From Candidatus Bathyarchaeota archaeon (GTDB lineage Archaea; Thermoproteota; Bathyarchaeia; Bathyarchaeales; DTEX01): DNA of 64,000 bases. The stretch spans positions 470,591 to 534,590 of the forward strand of contig CAVQNT010000006.1 of assembly GCA_963714275.1 (NCBI GenBank), given 5' to 3'. Shown here piece by piece: positions 41,635 to 51,189 of this stretch. How positions within the stretch are numbered: position 1 is the stretch's first letter; every line of letters begins with the position of its first letter. Made by a program: the position numbers and the translations under genes. The notes beneath the pieces were generated by a model. It was given only the letters and a program-made list of their open reading frames with translations, ran no database searches and was not told the origin of the DNA.

Positions 41635-43419
41635 TTAATCGTGAAATCTGATAGAAACTAATACTTTTTTAATAGATTCAGGGGTTCTGCTCTTTTCACC
41701 AATATTCTTAGCGATAGAATAGCAAAAAACATTAAAGCCCATTACAATACCTTTCTCCACAAGTATTTTTTGATAAAATTTCCCCAGAATTGTTTTACCA
41801 TTAAATTTTGTAAATGCCATCTTTGATGATACCATGTTCTTTAATTCTTCTATTATTTTTTGAATCTTTTCTAAAATTTTCTTATTTTCATCAGGGTCCG
41901 TGAAGTCACTATTTAATTTCTTTATTGTATCATCTCTTTCAATGACTAACTCGTTCAGATTTCTTCCTTTAAAGTTGAATTTAAAAGGTGGAATTAGTGT
42001 CGCTAATCTCTTATCAATTTCATCCTGCAAACTTTCTTCGCATATAGTGAACATTTCCTTCTCAACATCTTCTGGACAAGATATTCCTGTTTTTTCTTTG
42101 TATGGCTCTAGCACTTCAAATATCGAAACTGGATTTATTAGTGCGTTTTCAATTGTACAGAATTCCCATGTAAATATTGAGGGAGAAGGTTCTCTAAAAA
42201 AGAAATCAGCATCTACGACTGCGTAAGCAGGAAAACCAATTAGCTTGTCCGTAATGATTTGATTTAGTATCATTGTAGTCTTTCTTGACTTCTCCTTTAC
42301 CGCCCATTGGTATGAATATAAATTGTTTGGCCTCGGAGCAAAGTAATTCTAATATTCTCTGATCACTTGGGCTAGTCTTTATGTCTTGAGGACTCTTTCC
42401 TTCTATAAACACTATAGGTCGTCCTAGTGTAAGAATGGCAATGTCTCCGCACACATTTCTGAGAAGGTCAAGTTTTTCTTGGCTTGAAACAACTCTACGT
42501 CAGGCTGGTTCTCGTTTCCTGCTCTACTTTTTTCTACGAGCACGAAAGTCTCTTCAGAAGATGCTTCATTAATTATGACCGGAGAGTGTGTTGCGATTAT
42601 AAACTGGACATTATCCTGATTTGCTCTTTCTCTCATATATTCAATCATTCTCTTTTGAAGTACAGAATGTATATGCAAATCTGGTTCATCAATTACCATT
42701 ATCGTGTCTGGTGTTACATTCAAATCTGGCGGTTTACCCTTTTTCTATTCTTCGTAGAAATGCATTAATTTCCCTCTCGATTAAAGGCATAAACAACGCA
42801 ATGATCTCTTTTTCTCCCAGACTTAAGGTCATCTATGTCGATAGGTTCATTTGACCCCCCAATATTCAAAAGACATGTTACATTACCCCGATTCTTTTAA
42901 TCAATACCTACAAACTTCAAATGAGGAAGAAGTAAATCCAGAAGATCCTTAAGTGGTTTATAAACATCAGGTGCATGTCCTTCAGGATACTTTAAATCGT
43001 TTTTGTCGATTTCAGACACGATCGCAGTCAGACGTCTAATTTCTATCTGAGCAAGAGTATACTTAATGAATCCTAAAGATTCATCAGCACTATCTGCTCT
43101 TCTAGACCGATCTGATAATATTGGCATTCCTTCAATATTGGGTATGGAATCCGCTTCTAATATACTTGAATATTCCAATTCTTGCGTCCATAACGTTGTT
43201 GTTCTAATAGTTCTTCTCCGCCAAGTGCGATGCGGAGCTGACGTAAAGAATTTTACCGGAACCTTTAACCTTATCTCCTGATAACTTCCTTAGTTCATAT
43301 AGTAAGGTAGACTTTCCTACGCCATTAGGACCAGCAATAATCATTAATTTTGGAACTGACTCACAGAATACTTTTTGAATGATTTTTACATCTGTTACTT
43401 TAAATGATTGTATTGGCAT
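41635..43419 (-). pseudogene. ABC-type ATPase fused to a DUF4435/Toprim-like domain (OLD / PARIS AriA-AriB-like), heavily disrupted
   Basis: Walker A IIAGPNGVGKSTLL (43204-43419); signature-like DLKSGEKEIIAL; Walker B and H-loop IMVIDEPDLHIH...IIATHSP (42424-42723); IVFIEGKSPQD...IFIPMGGKGEV (42206-42454); AVVDADFF...WEFCTIENALINP (41635-42273). At least 5 frame switches plus an in-frame TAA at 42897 are needed to read it. Confidence 0.6.
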
Positions 43420-43689
43420 GATAGCTCCTCCTATTTTTCCTTGTATGATTCATCGTTTCTTTCGCTCATCTCTATTTACTGATATATCTTTAATAAACAT
43501 CTTTTTCTATTTAACATACATAAACAGTGACTTAAAAATATGATGAAAAATATATATCAATCGATCGAACGAACCATGCCTGAGCTCAAGTTATACACAG
43601 AAAAGAAGAACTGCAACATATCTCACAGAGAGACATATCTATCAAAAGACAATATATGGCAAGTAGAGATATTATTGTGGGGATAGTAA

Positions 43690-44172
43690 TTGGATAAAGA
43701 AAAAATTTCAATCTTATTCAAAAGTTTAAATGAAAATGAGAGAAAGCCTCTTGAGAAAATATTGACCATAAAAGAAATAGAACTTTGGAATGAAATACAA
43801 AATGAATGGGTTGAAAAACTAAAGTTCTTTGTGAGTATTGATTCTGTTAGAGAAAAACTTGGTTTGAAACATGATAAAAACAAAATAAAAGAATTCTATA
43901 CTAAAGAAGACATCATTTGGTTAATTCATAAATATTGGAAAAAACCCAAAAATTATCTCCAAGAAAGACTAACTTTAGCACGTGATGCCCAACTTTGGCT
44001 TCTAAATATATATTCAGCCATCTTAACTGTTGGGTTACTAGGTACATGGCTTCTTTTTCTATCATATTGCTTCCAATCACAAGATATTGTACTTTTTCTT
44101 ATTATCTTAATTCCAGGAATTATATCCATGAAAATTAATCGTATAAGAAGGTGGATCAGCATTGTTTATTAG
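43690..44172 (+). CDS. Hypothetical protein with soluble N-terminus and two C-terminal TM helices
   Basis: ORF with hydrophobic segments LWLLNIYSAILTVGLLGTWLLFL and IVLFLIILIPGII. Confidence 0.45.
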   Translation: MDKEKISILFKSLNENERKPLEKILTIKEIELWNEIQNEWVEKLKFFVSIDSVREKLGLKHDKNKIKEFYTKEDIIWLIHKYWKKPKNYLQERLTLARDAQLWLLNIYSAILTVGLLGTWLLFLSYCFQSQDIVLFLIILIPGIISMKINRIRRWISIVY

Positions 44173-44345
44173 TGATAAATTCATTCGAGGGAATCTAAAC
44201 CACTATGATATCGAAAGCTATGTGATTGCTAAGATTCTTGATAAAAAAGAAAAGCCTGAAAAGAAAAATGGACAATAGTTTACGCGCGCGCTAAAAGTGA
44301 TAAGATTGAGGAATTAGAACTCACCTAGTAATTGGTGAAGCAGTC

Positions 44346-45296
44346 TTGAAAAGGGTTCTATACAATTCATCTGAAATTAGAAAGGAAATAATAAGAATAT
44401 TCAAATCTTATAATGAGCGTCGTGTCGCGATTTCTGCTTTTATTGGAGAAGGTGCTGATGCATACTTACCCACACCACAAGGTTTACAACTTATTTGCTG
44501 GCCAAAAGCGGGAAGTACTAATCCGGATATGTTAAGAGAACTCATTAAACGCGGGGTTGATGTTTTCTTTGCTGATGACCTGCATATGAAACTATATTGG
44601 AGCGAAAGTCAAGGAGCAGTTTTAACTTCTGCAAATCTATCAACCAACGCTCTTGGTTCGGGAAATCAGAAGGAGATAGGTATTCTAGTATCATCCAAAG
44701 ATATTGACATTGACCATTTAATAGCCTCAATACAAACGCGGCACGCATCTAAAAACGAGCTTCAGGAATTAGACCGTTTATACAAATCCTATGTCGTTAG
44801 AAATCCGCACGAGTTCAAATATAGGCATAGAGCAATGTCTTTTGCAGAATGGTACGAATCGCCTTTTCGAAAAGAATGGAAACTGGGCTGGTATGGTGAA
44901 TATGGACCAATATCATCTATTGCTAAGGAAAGAGCAATGAGAGAATATGGAGTTAATGAACCTAAGGATTGGCTAAACGCCTGCGAAGGAGAATTTAAAG
45001 AAGGTGATTGGATTCTTTCATTCAAGTTAATACGGCTTCCAAGGCAACTTCAATGGATATCGGTGGATGATGTCGTTAGTGTCCCCAAGTCTGATAAGGC
45101 ATACGAAAAAGAGTACCCTTACCAAGTTGTGCAGACTCATCCAAATAATTGTTATCCACAACCTCCATTTAGAATTAATAATAAGAAATTTATGAAAGCC
45201 TTCTCGAATGCAGTCCAGAAGTTCGGAGTAGATAAAGTAAAGAAAGTAATCACTCCCCCTAATGATTTAATTAAGTTTATTTTAACTAACATGTAG
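44346..45296 (+). CDS. PLD-superfamily (HKD motif) nuclease-like protein with unknown C-terminal domain
   Basis: DLHMKLYWSESQGAVLTSANLSTNAL fits H-x-K-x4-(D/E)...S-x-N. The N-terminal about 130 aa looks like a single Nuc-type PLD domain. Confidence 0.6.
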   Translation: MKRVLYNSSEIRKEIIRIFKSYNERRVAISAFIGEGADAYLPTPQGLQLICWPKAGSTNPDMLRELIKRGVDVFFADDLHMKLYWSESQGAVLTSANLSTNALGSGNQKEIGILVSSKDIDIDHLIASIQTRHASKNELQELDRLYKSYVVRNPHEFKYRHRAMSFAEWYESPFRKEWKLGWYGEYGPISSIAKERAMREYGVNEPKDWLNACEGEFKEGDWILSFKLIRLPRQLQWISVDDVVSVPKSDKAYEKEYPYQVVQTHPNNCYPQPPFRINNKKFMKAFSNAVQKFGVDKVKKVITPPNDLIKFILTNM

Positions 45297-45531
45297 CCAT
45301 ATCAAGATTAATCACTTTTTCAACAGAAAACCAGCTAACCAGGATATTTTTGTCCTTTTAGAAGCTTCCATTGACTTTTATAATCGTCCAAAGGAAAGAC
45401 TTCGTGTCTTGGATGAGGGAAGCCACGTATTGAACTTTTCTTGATTCGACCTCACTCTTTAGACCTTATTATTGCTCTCTCATTTTCTCTTTTAATATAA
45501 TCAGCAACTTTATTGGATGATATTAGCTGAG

Positions 45532-45936
45532 CTAACTTATGGTATTGCTGGAAATATGTCCGAGTTGTTGTCTCTTAAGTTTAAAATAGGCGATACTTTC
45601 TGCCGTTGTCTCCATTATTCTACCTCCACTTGTTTCACTGCTACCTTTGGTGTTCTTTTTTGTTTTATTCCGAGCTTCTTTCATCTTAGCGGCTAATAGT
45701 TGCATTAACCGAGTTGTGTCTTTGCTTTGGTTTGTTTGTTTCATGACATACATGTTTGAAGCATAGGCAACCCAGAAAATAGGTTCTTCTTCTTTGGTTA
45801 CAACAAAAATGCTTTCTGGATTGAATCTTTTTGGTATGTCTGATCTCATTTCTTTCGGTATTCTAGAGGATGTTTGTATTTCTGCATCTAAACCATTGGC
45901 ATCGAAGAAATCTTCTAAGACTTCTGTTATTTTCAT
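45532..45936 (-). CDS. Hypothetical protein (134 aa)
   Basis: Last ORF of the 47230-45532 minus-strand operon. The start overlaps the upstream stop (ATGA). Confidence 0.45.
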   Translation of the reverse strand: MKITEVLEDFFDANGLDAEIQTSSRIPKEMRSDIPKRFNPESIFVVTKEEEPIFWVAYASNMYVMKQTNQSKDTTRLMQLLAAKMKEARNKTKKNTKGSSETSGGRIMETTAESIAYFKLKRQQLGHISSNTIS

Positions 45937-46121
45937 TTTTTCAACCTCCTATTATCTTCATCATATTCTTCTACGAAAGTTCCACAACTTGGGCAGACGA
46001 AGCCTCTCTTTCCTTCCCTAACGCACCACTTTCTGTAATAATTAAGTTCTTTAACCGAAGTCTCGAACCAGCACTTACTACACTTTAAACTTTTATCCAC
46101 CACTCGTTTTGTGTGCGCCAT
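45933..46121 (-). CDS. Zinc-ribbon protein (62 aa)
   Basis: CSKCWF...CPSCGTF. Confidence 0.5.
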   Translation of the reverse strand: MAHTKRVVDKSLKCSKCWFETSVKELNYYRKWCVREGKRGFVCPSCGTFVEEYDEDNRRLKK

Positions 46122-46141
46122 GGCGATTCTCCTCCTCCTTT

Positions 46142-46864
46142 TTAATTTTTGATGTAAATCCCATTACCCTTCACGTCAAAGACATTTAGTCCAAGAAATG
46201 CTGAATATTGTGGTGTTACGAGAATTACCTTACGAGCAAACTTTCTGGACTCATAAACAAAACTCAAGAACGATTGAATGTTTTGGTATCGGTGCGCTTC
46301 TTCTACAATGATAATCCAATTTTTAAGATATTTGCGTTTGTCATTCAATCGTTCAAATATCCACTCGATGTCTCTTTCAGCCTTACGCACTTCTTTATCT
46401 GGTCTGAACCGCACACGGATCAAATCACCTTTGAATTGAAAATCATCAGATACATGTCTCAAAATGCCATACTCATGTGCAGTATCGACCACATAAATAT
46501 TATATCGCATTACCTTTTGCTTTTTGATCCAATTTAAGATCTTGTTTTTAACGAAATATGTCTTCCCACTTAGCGGTTTCCCTGTAATAACTATTGGTTC
46601 AGTCCCACGCATTGCTGTGGTGACGTCAACAGGATCACCATATTTTTGGCTTACAAGGTTTGTTTCATGTGCGATTACAGAACCTAAACTTGGAAGATTC
46701 ATTGTTTTCGTTAATTCTCTTAGTTTTGTGTGAATATCAAGTGGCACTTTCACCGTCTTTACGGGCTGATCACGGTAAAGTTCCCACAAAGGAGCAACTT
46801 CTTGCACTTTATTGTTCTCTGTTTTTATCACAGAACACTCACCTTCTAATAGAACAACAGGCAA
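46142..46864 (-). CDS. Small P-loop NTPase, FtsK/HerA/A32-like
   Basis: Walker A ITGKPLSGKT; VVDTAHEYG (HerA-like D-x-h-x-EY); Walker B-like WIIIVEEAHRY. Confidence 0.5.
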   Translation of the reverse strand: MPVVLLEGECSVIKTENNKVQEVAPLWELYRDQPVKTVKVPLDIHTKLRELTKTMNLPSLGSVIAHETNLVSQKYGDPVDVTTAMRGTEPIVITGKPLSGKTYFVKNKILNWIKKQKVMRYNIYVVDTAHEYGILRHVSDDFQFKGDLIRVRFRPDKEVRKAERDIEWIFERLNDKRKYLKNWIIIVEEAHRYQNIQSFLSFVYESRKFARKVILVTPQYSAFLGLNVFDVKGNGIYIKN

Positions 46865-46966
46865 AAATCAGAATAATTTACAACTTGTTTCTTCTACCAA
46901 ACTGCAACAATCTTTTGCCTCTTCTCGGCATCTTTTTGCGTTTCTTTTTCTGCTTTCTTACCTTTG

Positions 46967-47230
46967 TCATCGCCACTGCTCCATTACTAGCTTTTCTGTT
47001 TCTTTGTACTCTTTTCTGAATTTAACAAGTTTTACCTTTGTCTTATCCAGTGACAGTAAAATGTAACCACGAGAAAATAACAGATCTACAAATTCTTGAT
47101 ATTCTTTATGTTCGCTTATGTCAATCCAACCGTCAAATGATGGCGAGTTCCTTGATAGTTTTTTGTCAATACATAGCAACATGACATAAAATTCTCCCAC
47201 TCCCATTTTTTTTCCCAGCTTTTTTACCAT
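46967..47230 (-). CDS. Hypothetical protein (87 aa)
   Basis: First ORF downstream of the palindromic site 47317-47390. Confidence 0.4.
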   Translation of the reverse strand: MVKKLGKKMGVGEFYVMLLCIDKKLSRNSPSFDGWIDISEHKEYQEFVDLLFSRGYILLSLDKTKVKLVKFRKEYKETEKLVMEQWR

Positions 47231-47316
47231 TACAATTCGATCATGTGGATGTTTTTAACAAGTGGTCTTTTTGTGTTGTTTGGTATAGGTTTTTTACTAA
47301 ACGTTTATTAAATCAA

Positions 47317-47390
47317 TTTTTTGTCACATAGGATTCGTGTTAGACAAAATTTGTCTAATAAGGTGACATACGATTCCTATTGTGACAAAA
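47317..47390. promoter_or_regulatory. 74-bp imperfect palindrome (operator or origin-like)
   Basis: Outer arms ttttgtcaca / tgtgacaaaa, middle ataggattcg / cgattcctat, central ttagacaaa-a-tttgtctaa. Lies upstream of the 47230-45532 operon. Confidence 0.6.
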
Positions 47391-47408
47391 CGACAATAAT
47401 TTTGGTTG

Positions 47409-47633
47409 TTAAAATGGTTGCAAGTTTTGTAGGACATACAACACCATTTCTGACAGCCCATCAAGTGTGTAAGTGAAAAGTATGCCACAAATTAAGAGTA
47501 AGATTCCACTAAAATAGAGATCATAATCAAAAGTTACCACCAGCAAAGCCATTAAAATCCCAAGTGCTCCGAGAATGATGCAAATGTGCATCATTGTAGA
47601 GAAATCTCTGGCATCATTTATTGTGAACATCAT
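47409..47633 (-). CDS. Small 2-TM membrane protein (74 aa)
   Basis: Hydrophobic ORF. Confidence 0.4.
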   Translation of the reverse strand: MMFTINDARDFSTMMHICIILGALGILMALLVVTFDYDLYFSGILLLICGILFTYTLDGLSEMVLYVLQNLQPF

Positions 47634-47978
47634 TCCCTTTTCTTCTTAAAACTAAACTGGCTCCTTTCGTTTTTCATCTTGATACCAAAACAGCATTCCC
47701 TCTACATGCTGGAAAACATGATTTAGAAATTTATTTTTATTATGTAACAAAAATACGATAGACAACTTTACCATATAAAAGGTTTGTGGTATGTACTTGT
47801 ATTGAAAAATACACTGCCTTCCGTTGTGATCAGTTAAGATAATGGTGTAAAAGTCAATATTGGTTACAACTTGTTATTTTTTTTTACAACAACCTATTAT
47901 CAAACAGCTTTTTACTCTTGTGCTTTCTCAAATATTCTAATTCTATCACCATTGGCATGTATTCGAATTTTGTTTTGA

Positions 47979-48414
47979 TCACGTAATTTGCAAACCAAAT
48001 CCCAAAACTACGACAAATTTTTTCAAATCGTCTTCCCAGATGACATGCAATTCGTATCCACGTTTCTTGAAATATTGGATACGTGCTTTTTCTGTTAATT
48101 TTCTACAATGAATCTTGCCACTCATGTCGTAGATAATGAGATTTAATATCATCCCACCACTGAGAAACAGGTGTTCTCTCGTAATTTGCATATGGGTTGC
48201 ATTCCTCTAGAAATGCATCTACCACATATCCATAGACTTTTCTTTTGAGAAAAGCTATAATTGCATCTCTTTTCTCCGAAGAAAGAAACCCACTATACCA
48301 ATCGAAATTCAAACTATAGAAAGCTCTAAGAATTTTCACTCCCTCTTTGTTCCCTGCTTCATCTTCTAACGCTATTAGAGTCTTTCCAGTACTTAATTTC
48401 TTCCCACTCTTCAA
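47979..48414 (-). CDS. Possible Vsr/DUF559-like endonuclease, frame broken near 48150
   Basis: The C-terminal segment KLTEKARIQYFKKRGYELHVIWEDDL resembles the conserved tail of Vsr/DUF559 PD-(D/E)xK proteins. The two ORF pieces (48103-48414, 47979-48191) overlap in different frames. Confidence 0.35.
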
Positions 48415-48452
48415 GACCTTTCAGTTCTTCTTTAGTTGGCTTCATTGCATCT

Positions 48453-48704
48453 TCATATTCCATTGCCATTTTTTGTAAGCTTTTCTTGTAGCTTTATTGT
48501 TGGGTCGTAAAAAGTGTAGTTACAGTGTTTGCAATGATAACGCTGAATTTTATGTGGGCGTCGTTTTACTTTGTGAAACCCTGTTTTTATGATATTACGT
48601 GAACTGCACTTGGGACATATATGCGACTCTTTGACCATACAACCAACTACACGTTTAACAACACAAAAATGCCCTCTATATATATTTTTGCAAAAAGACA
48701 CCAT
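48453..48704 (-). CDS. Zinc-ribbon protein (CPxC...QRYxCxxC pattern)
   Basis: ICPKCSSRNIIKTGFHKVKRRPHKIQRYHCKHCNYTF. Probable start is the ATG at 48638. Paralogous in pattern to 49951-50298. Confidence 0.5.
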   Translation of the reverse strand: MVSFCKNIYRGHFCVVKRVVGCMVKESHICPKCSSRNIIKTGFHKVKRRPHKIQRYHCKHCNYTFYDPTIKLQEKLTKNGNGI

Positions 48705-48834
48705 GTTTTGTTTGGTTCAAAACAAACCAGAAATTTCAAAAAAGATACTCTAGAGCCAAAAACGTGTAGCTGGACGTGTAGTTTTAACAACTACACGATT
48801 AACGACACAAAAAAATGATGTATCATATCTTAAT

Positions 48835-49182
48835 TCAAAACACTTTTACGCTATCTCCATTAACATGTATCTGACATTTGTGTTGGTCTTTTAGCTGTAA
48901 TATCAGGTTCATGACCACTTTATCAGAAGCTTCTAGCCTGTCTGCGATGTCAATAATTGGTATCCAACCCTCTTGTTTCTGATATTTTCTCTTCTTTTTA
49001 AGCGAAGATAACCATGTGTATAGCATCTTAAGTGTTTCCTCTTCATCATCTAAGAATTGGGTTATTGCCTTTTGATCTATTGGTTTATCTTGTTCTATTT
49101 CTTCAGCGTGTCTTTCAGTTGTTTCTGCATCTGTTGGCTGTGTTTTTTGTGGAAAGAATTTGTCCTTAATCCGTTTAAACAT
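48835..49182 (-). CDS. Hypothetical protein (115 aa)
   Basis: ORF in the long minus-strand gene string. A 33-codon ORF (49179-49278) overlaps its start by ATGTTTAA. Confidence 0.4.
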   Translation of the reverse strand: MFKRIKDKFFPQKTQPTDAETTERHAEEIEQDKPIDQKAITQFLDDEEETLKMLYTWLSSLKKKRKYQKQEGWIPIIDIADRLEASDKVVMNLILQLKDQHKCQIHVNGDSVKVF

Positions 49183-49272
49183 CTTCCAACCCTTTCTCGA
49201 TTTCTTCTTTTATGTTCTCAGGCAACAGCTTAAATATTTGTTCCATATCTGTTGCAAAATCTTCTTCTGACA

Positions 49273-49473
49273 TCATATTTCGCCTCCAATGTACTTTATT
49301 ATGGCTTGACATCTTCCCTTGGCTTCGATTTCCACTATTTCCCATCCACCAGCAATCAATTTCTCAAGTTGCTTGTAGACAGTTTTAAGCGGTCTTCTAT
49401 CCAAGTCAAGAATACGCTCCATAAAATGCATCCCCTTTGAAACTTTACGTGTCTGTTGACAACTTCCAAACAC
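49273..49473 (-). CDS. Hypothetical small protein, possibly wHTH
   Basis: MERILDLDRRPLKTVYKQLEKLIAGGWEIVEIEAKG. Weak. Confidence 0.35.
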   Translation of the reverse strand: MFGSCQQTRKVSKGMHFMERILDLDRRPLKTVYKQLEKLIAGGWEIVEIEAKGRCQAIIKYIGGEI

Positions 49474-49933
49474 TACTACGTTTCATCTTTCCAGCGAGTA
49501 CTTTCCAAAAACTTTGAATCCCTATGAAATATGGACTATTGGGTAAATCACCAATAACAAGCACAATGCTTCTTTTACCCAATGTTGCCTTTCCACACCG
49601 TATGTATGTGTTGTTGACTAAATTAAAAATCGGGATGTCAGAATCTTTGTGTCTTATTAAATTTTTTACATCTAACACATAAATGAAAAATTGCCGAAGG
49701 TTTGAATAATCTTGCGGTTGAGAACCACCATTTGGTGTCATATAAATTACTCGTGGCGGTTTTGGTCCTATTCCAATCCAAACCAATAATGTATTTCGAT
49801 TTTTTGATAACCGAAATACGCCACTGCGTGTTGCATCAGGATATAAGTTAAGCAAATCTCTGTTTATTTCTTCTAACGCTTTTTGAATTTCTATCCTTTT
49901 CCTTTCTTTATTACTTAGTTCTGATTCTGACAT
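49445..49933 (-). CDS. Hypothetical protein (162 aa)
   Basis: ORF with no family recognised. Confidence 0.45.
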   Translation of the reverse strand: MSESELSNKERKRIEIQKALEEINRDLLNLYPDATRSGVFRLSKNRNTLLVWIGIGPKPPRVIYMTPNGGSQPQDYSNLRQFFIYVLDVKNLIRHKDSDIPIFNLVNNTYIRCGKATLGKRSIVLVIGDLPNSPYFIGIQSFWKVLAGKMKRSSVWKLSTDT

Positions 49934-49950
49934 ACATACACACCATTTAT

Positions 49951-50298
49951 TTATGCTACCTTTTTGTATGTTCGTGGCTGTTTTGGTATCAATTTTAATT
50001 TGCCACTTGTTCTCATCTTTTTCAATACAAAATTTAGCGTGCCTATGCCATCATTACCATATTTCGTAGTGACAATCTGTTTGATGCTTTCATACGTAAA
50101 TTTTTCAGAAAAAACATTGATGATATTCTTGATGCCAGTAATTGATACACTTGGTTGTTCGTAAAATGTTTTGCCACATTTCTGACATTGAAAGCGTTGT
50201 TTCTTATGAAGTTGTGGCTTCATAACTATGCGAAAACCAATCTTAGATGTTTTATCTGAACCGCATGCTGGACATGATACCATTTTACATACACACAC
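49951..50298 (-). CDS. Zinc-ribbon protein (CPxC...QRFxCxxC pattern) with C-terminal extension
   Basis: SCPACGSDKTSKIGFRIVMKPQLHKKQRFQCQKCGKTF. First gene after the 50.3-51.2 kb non-coding region. Confidence 0.5.
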   Translation of the reverse strand: MCVCKMVSCPACGSDKTSKIGFRIVMKPQLHKKQRFQCQKCGKTFYEQPSVSITGIKNIINVFSEKFTYESIKQIVTTKYGNDGIGTLNFVLKKMRTSGKLKLIPKQPRTYKKVA

Positions 50299-50637
50299 TA
50301 TAAGATTACAATAATATTTTTATAATTTGTCGTTTGAAAATTACCCATCTGTTCCAAGACGATGCACAAAACTAAAAAAATTTTAACACGTTTGTGTTAA
50401 ATTCGGGTAGCTGTAAACAATTTACAACAATGTCAAAACTGTGCAACCAATTGATCCATGTTAAAAAATAGTGTGTATGTAATTCAATGTCGAAAATATG
50501 AATACATGTACCAGAATCCATGCTTCCATAATACAACAGACATACAAGTCCCAATATAACCCAAAAAAGTTTTTAATACAAAACTGTAAATTCACCATTA
50601 AAACCCTATTGTTTACGATACTCTAACGATTATCGTT

Positions 50638-50681
50638 ATCGTAGATTAGTATAGACAAGTATTATCGTAGATCGTAGATTA
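50638..50681. repeat. Three copies of ATCGTAGAT(TA) in the non-coding end of the element
   Basis: atcgtagatta at 50638, atcgtagat at 50664, and atcgtagatta at 50671 (the last two overlapping). Confidence 0.6.
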
Positions 50682-51189
50682 CTCTATAGATCTGTTCTTT
50701 TTTAGAAAGTCTGAAAACCTTTTTTTAAGGTTTAAACACAATTTAACAATTTGGTCACACACAGAAAAAAGACATGGAAAACACATGTCGAAAAAAATCT
50801 TAACAACCTATTTTACGTTAAAAAATGTAAATTTTCCATGATTTCTAATTACTTTGTATTAGTGTTTTTTATGTAAATTTCCACATACAACAATTTTCCA
50901 ACACCATTGTCTTAAAAAAAACGAAAGTATTAACCAATAAGATATTAAACATTGAGTGTCAGTAAAAAACAACGAGTGAAATTGCATCTGTAAGTAGTGT
51001 AATCTGAACACTCTCTCTGAGTGAAAAATTACCCTGAATATTTAAGATCGAAGGTAAGCTTATAAAACATTTATAAAGAATACAATACCTCATAGAAAAC
51101 CAAAATTAACCACATCTGGGCTTTCCAATACAAACCAATAAACCCAAAAACGTGTCCAAAAACCAAAATCCTATCAGAAAACCCCTCGA

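Larger units (their letters stand above)
35972..51189. mobile_element. About 15.2-kb AT-rich integrated element or genomic island (no recognisable integrase)
   Basis: Flanked by 22-27-bp direct repeats, one of which is the 3-prime end of endA. G+C is visibly lower than in the right flank. Genes are mostly orphans plus nucleases and NTPases. Two non-coding iteron regions are present. Confidence 0.8.
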
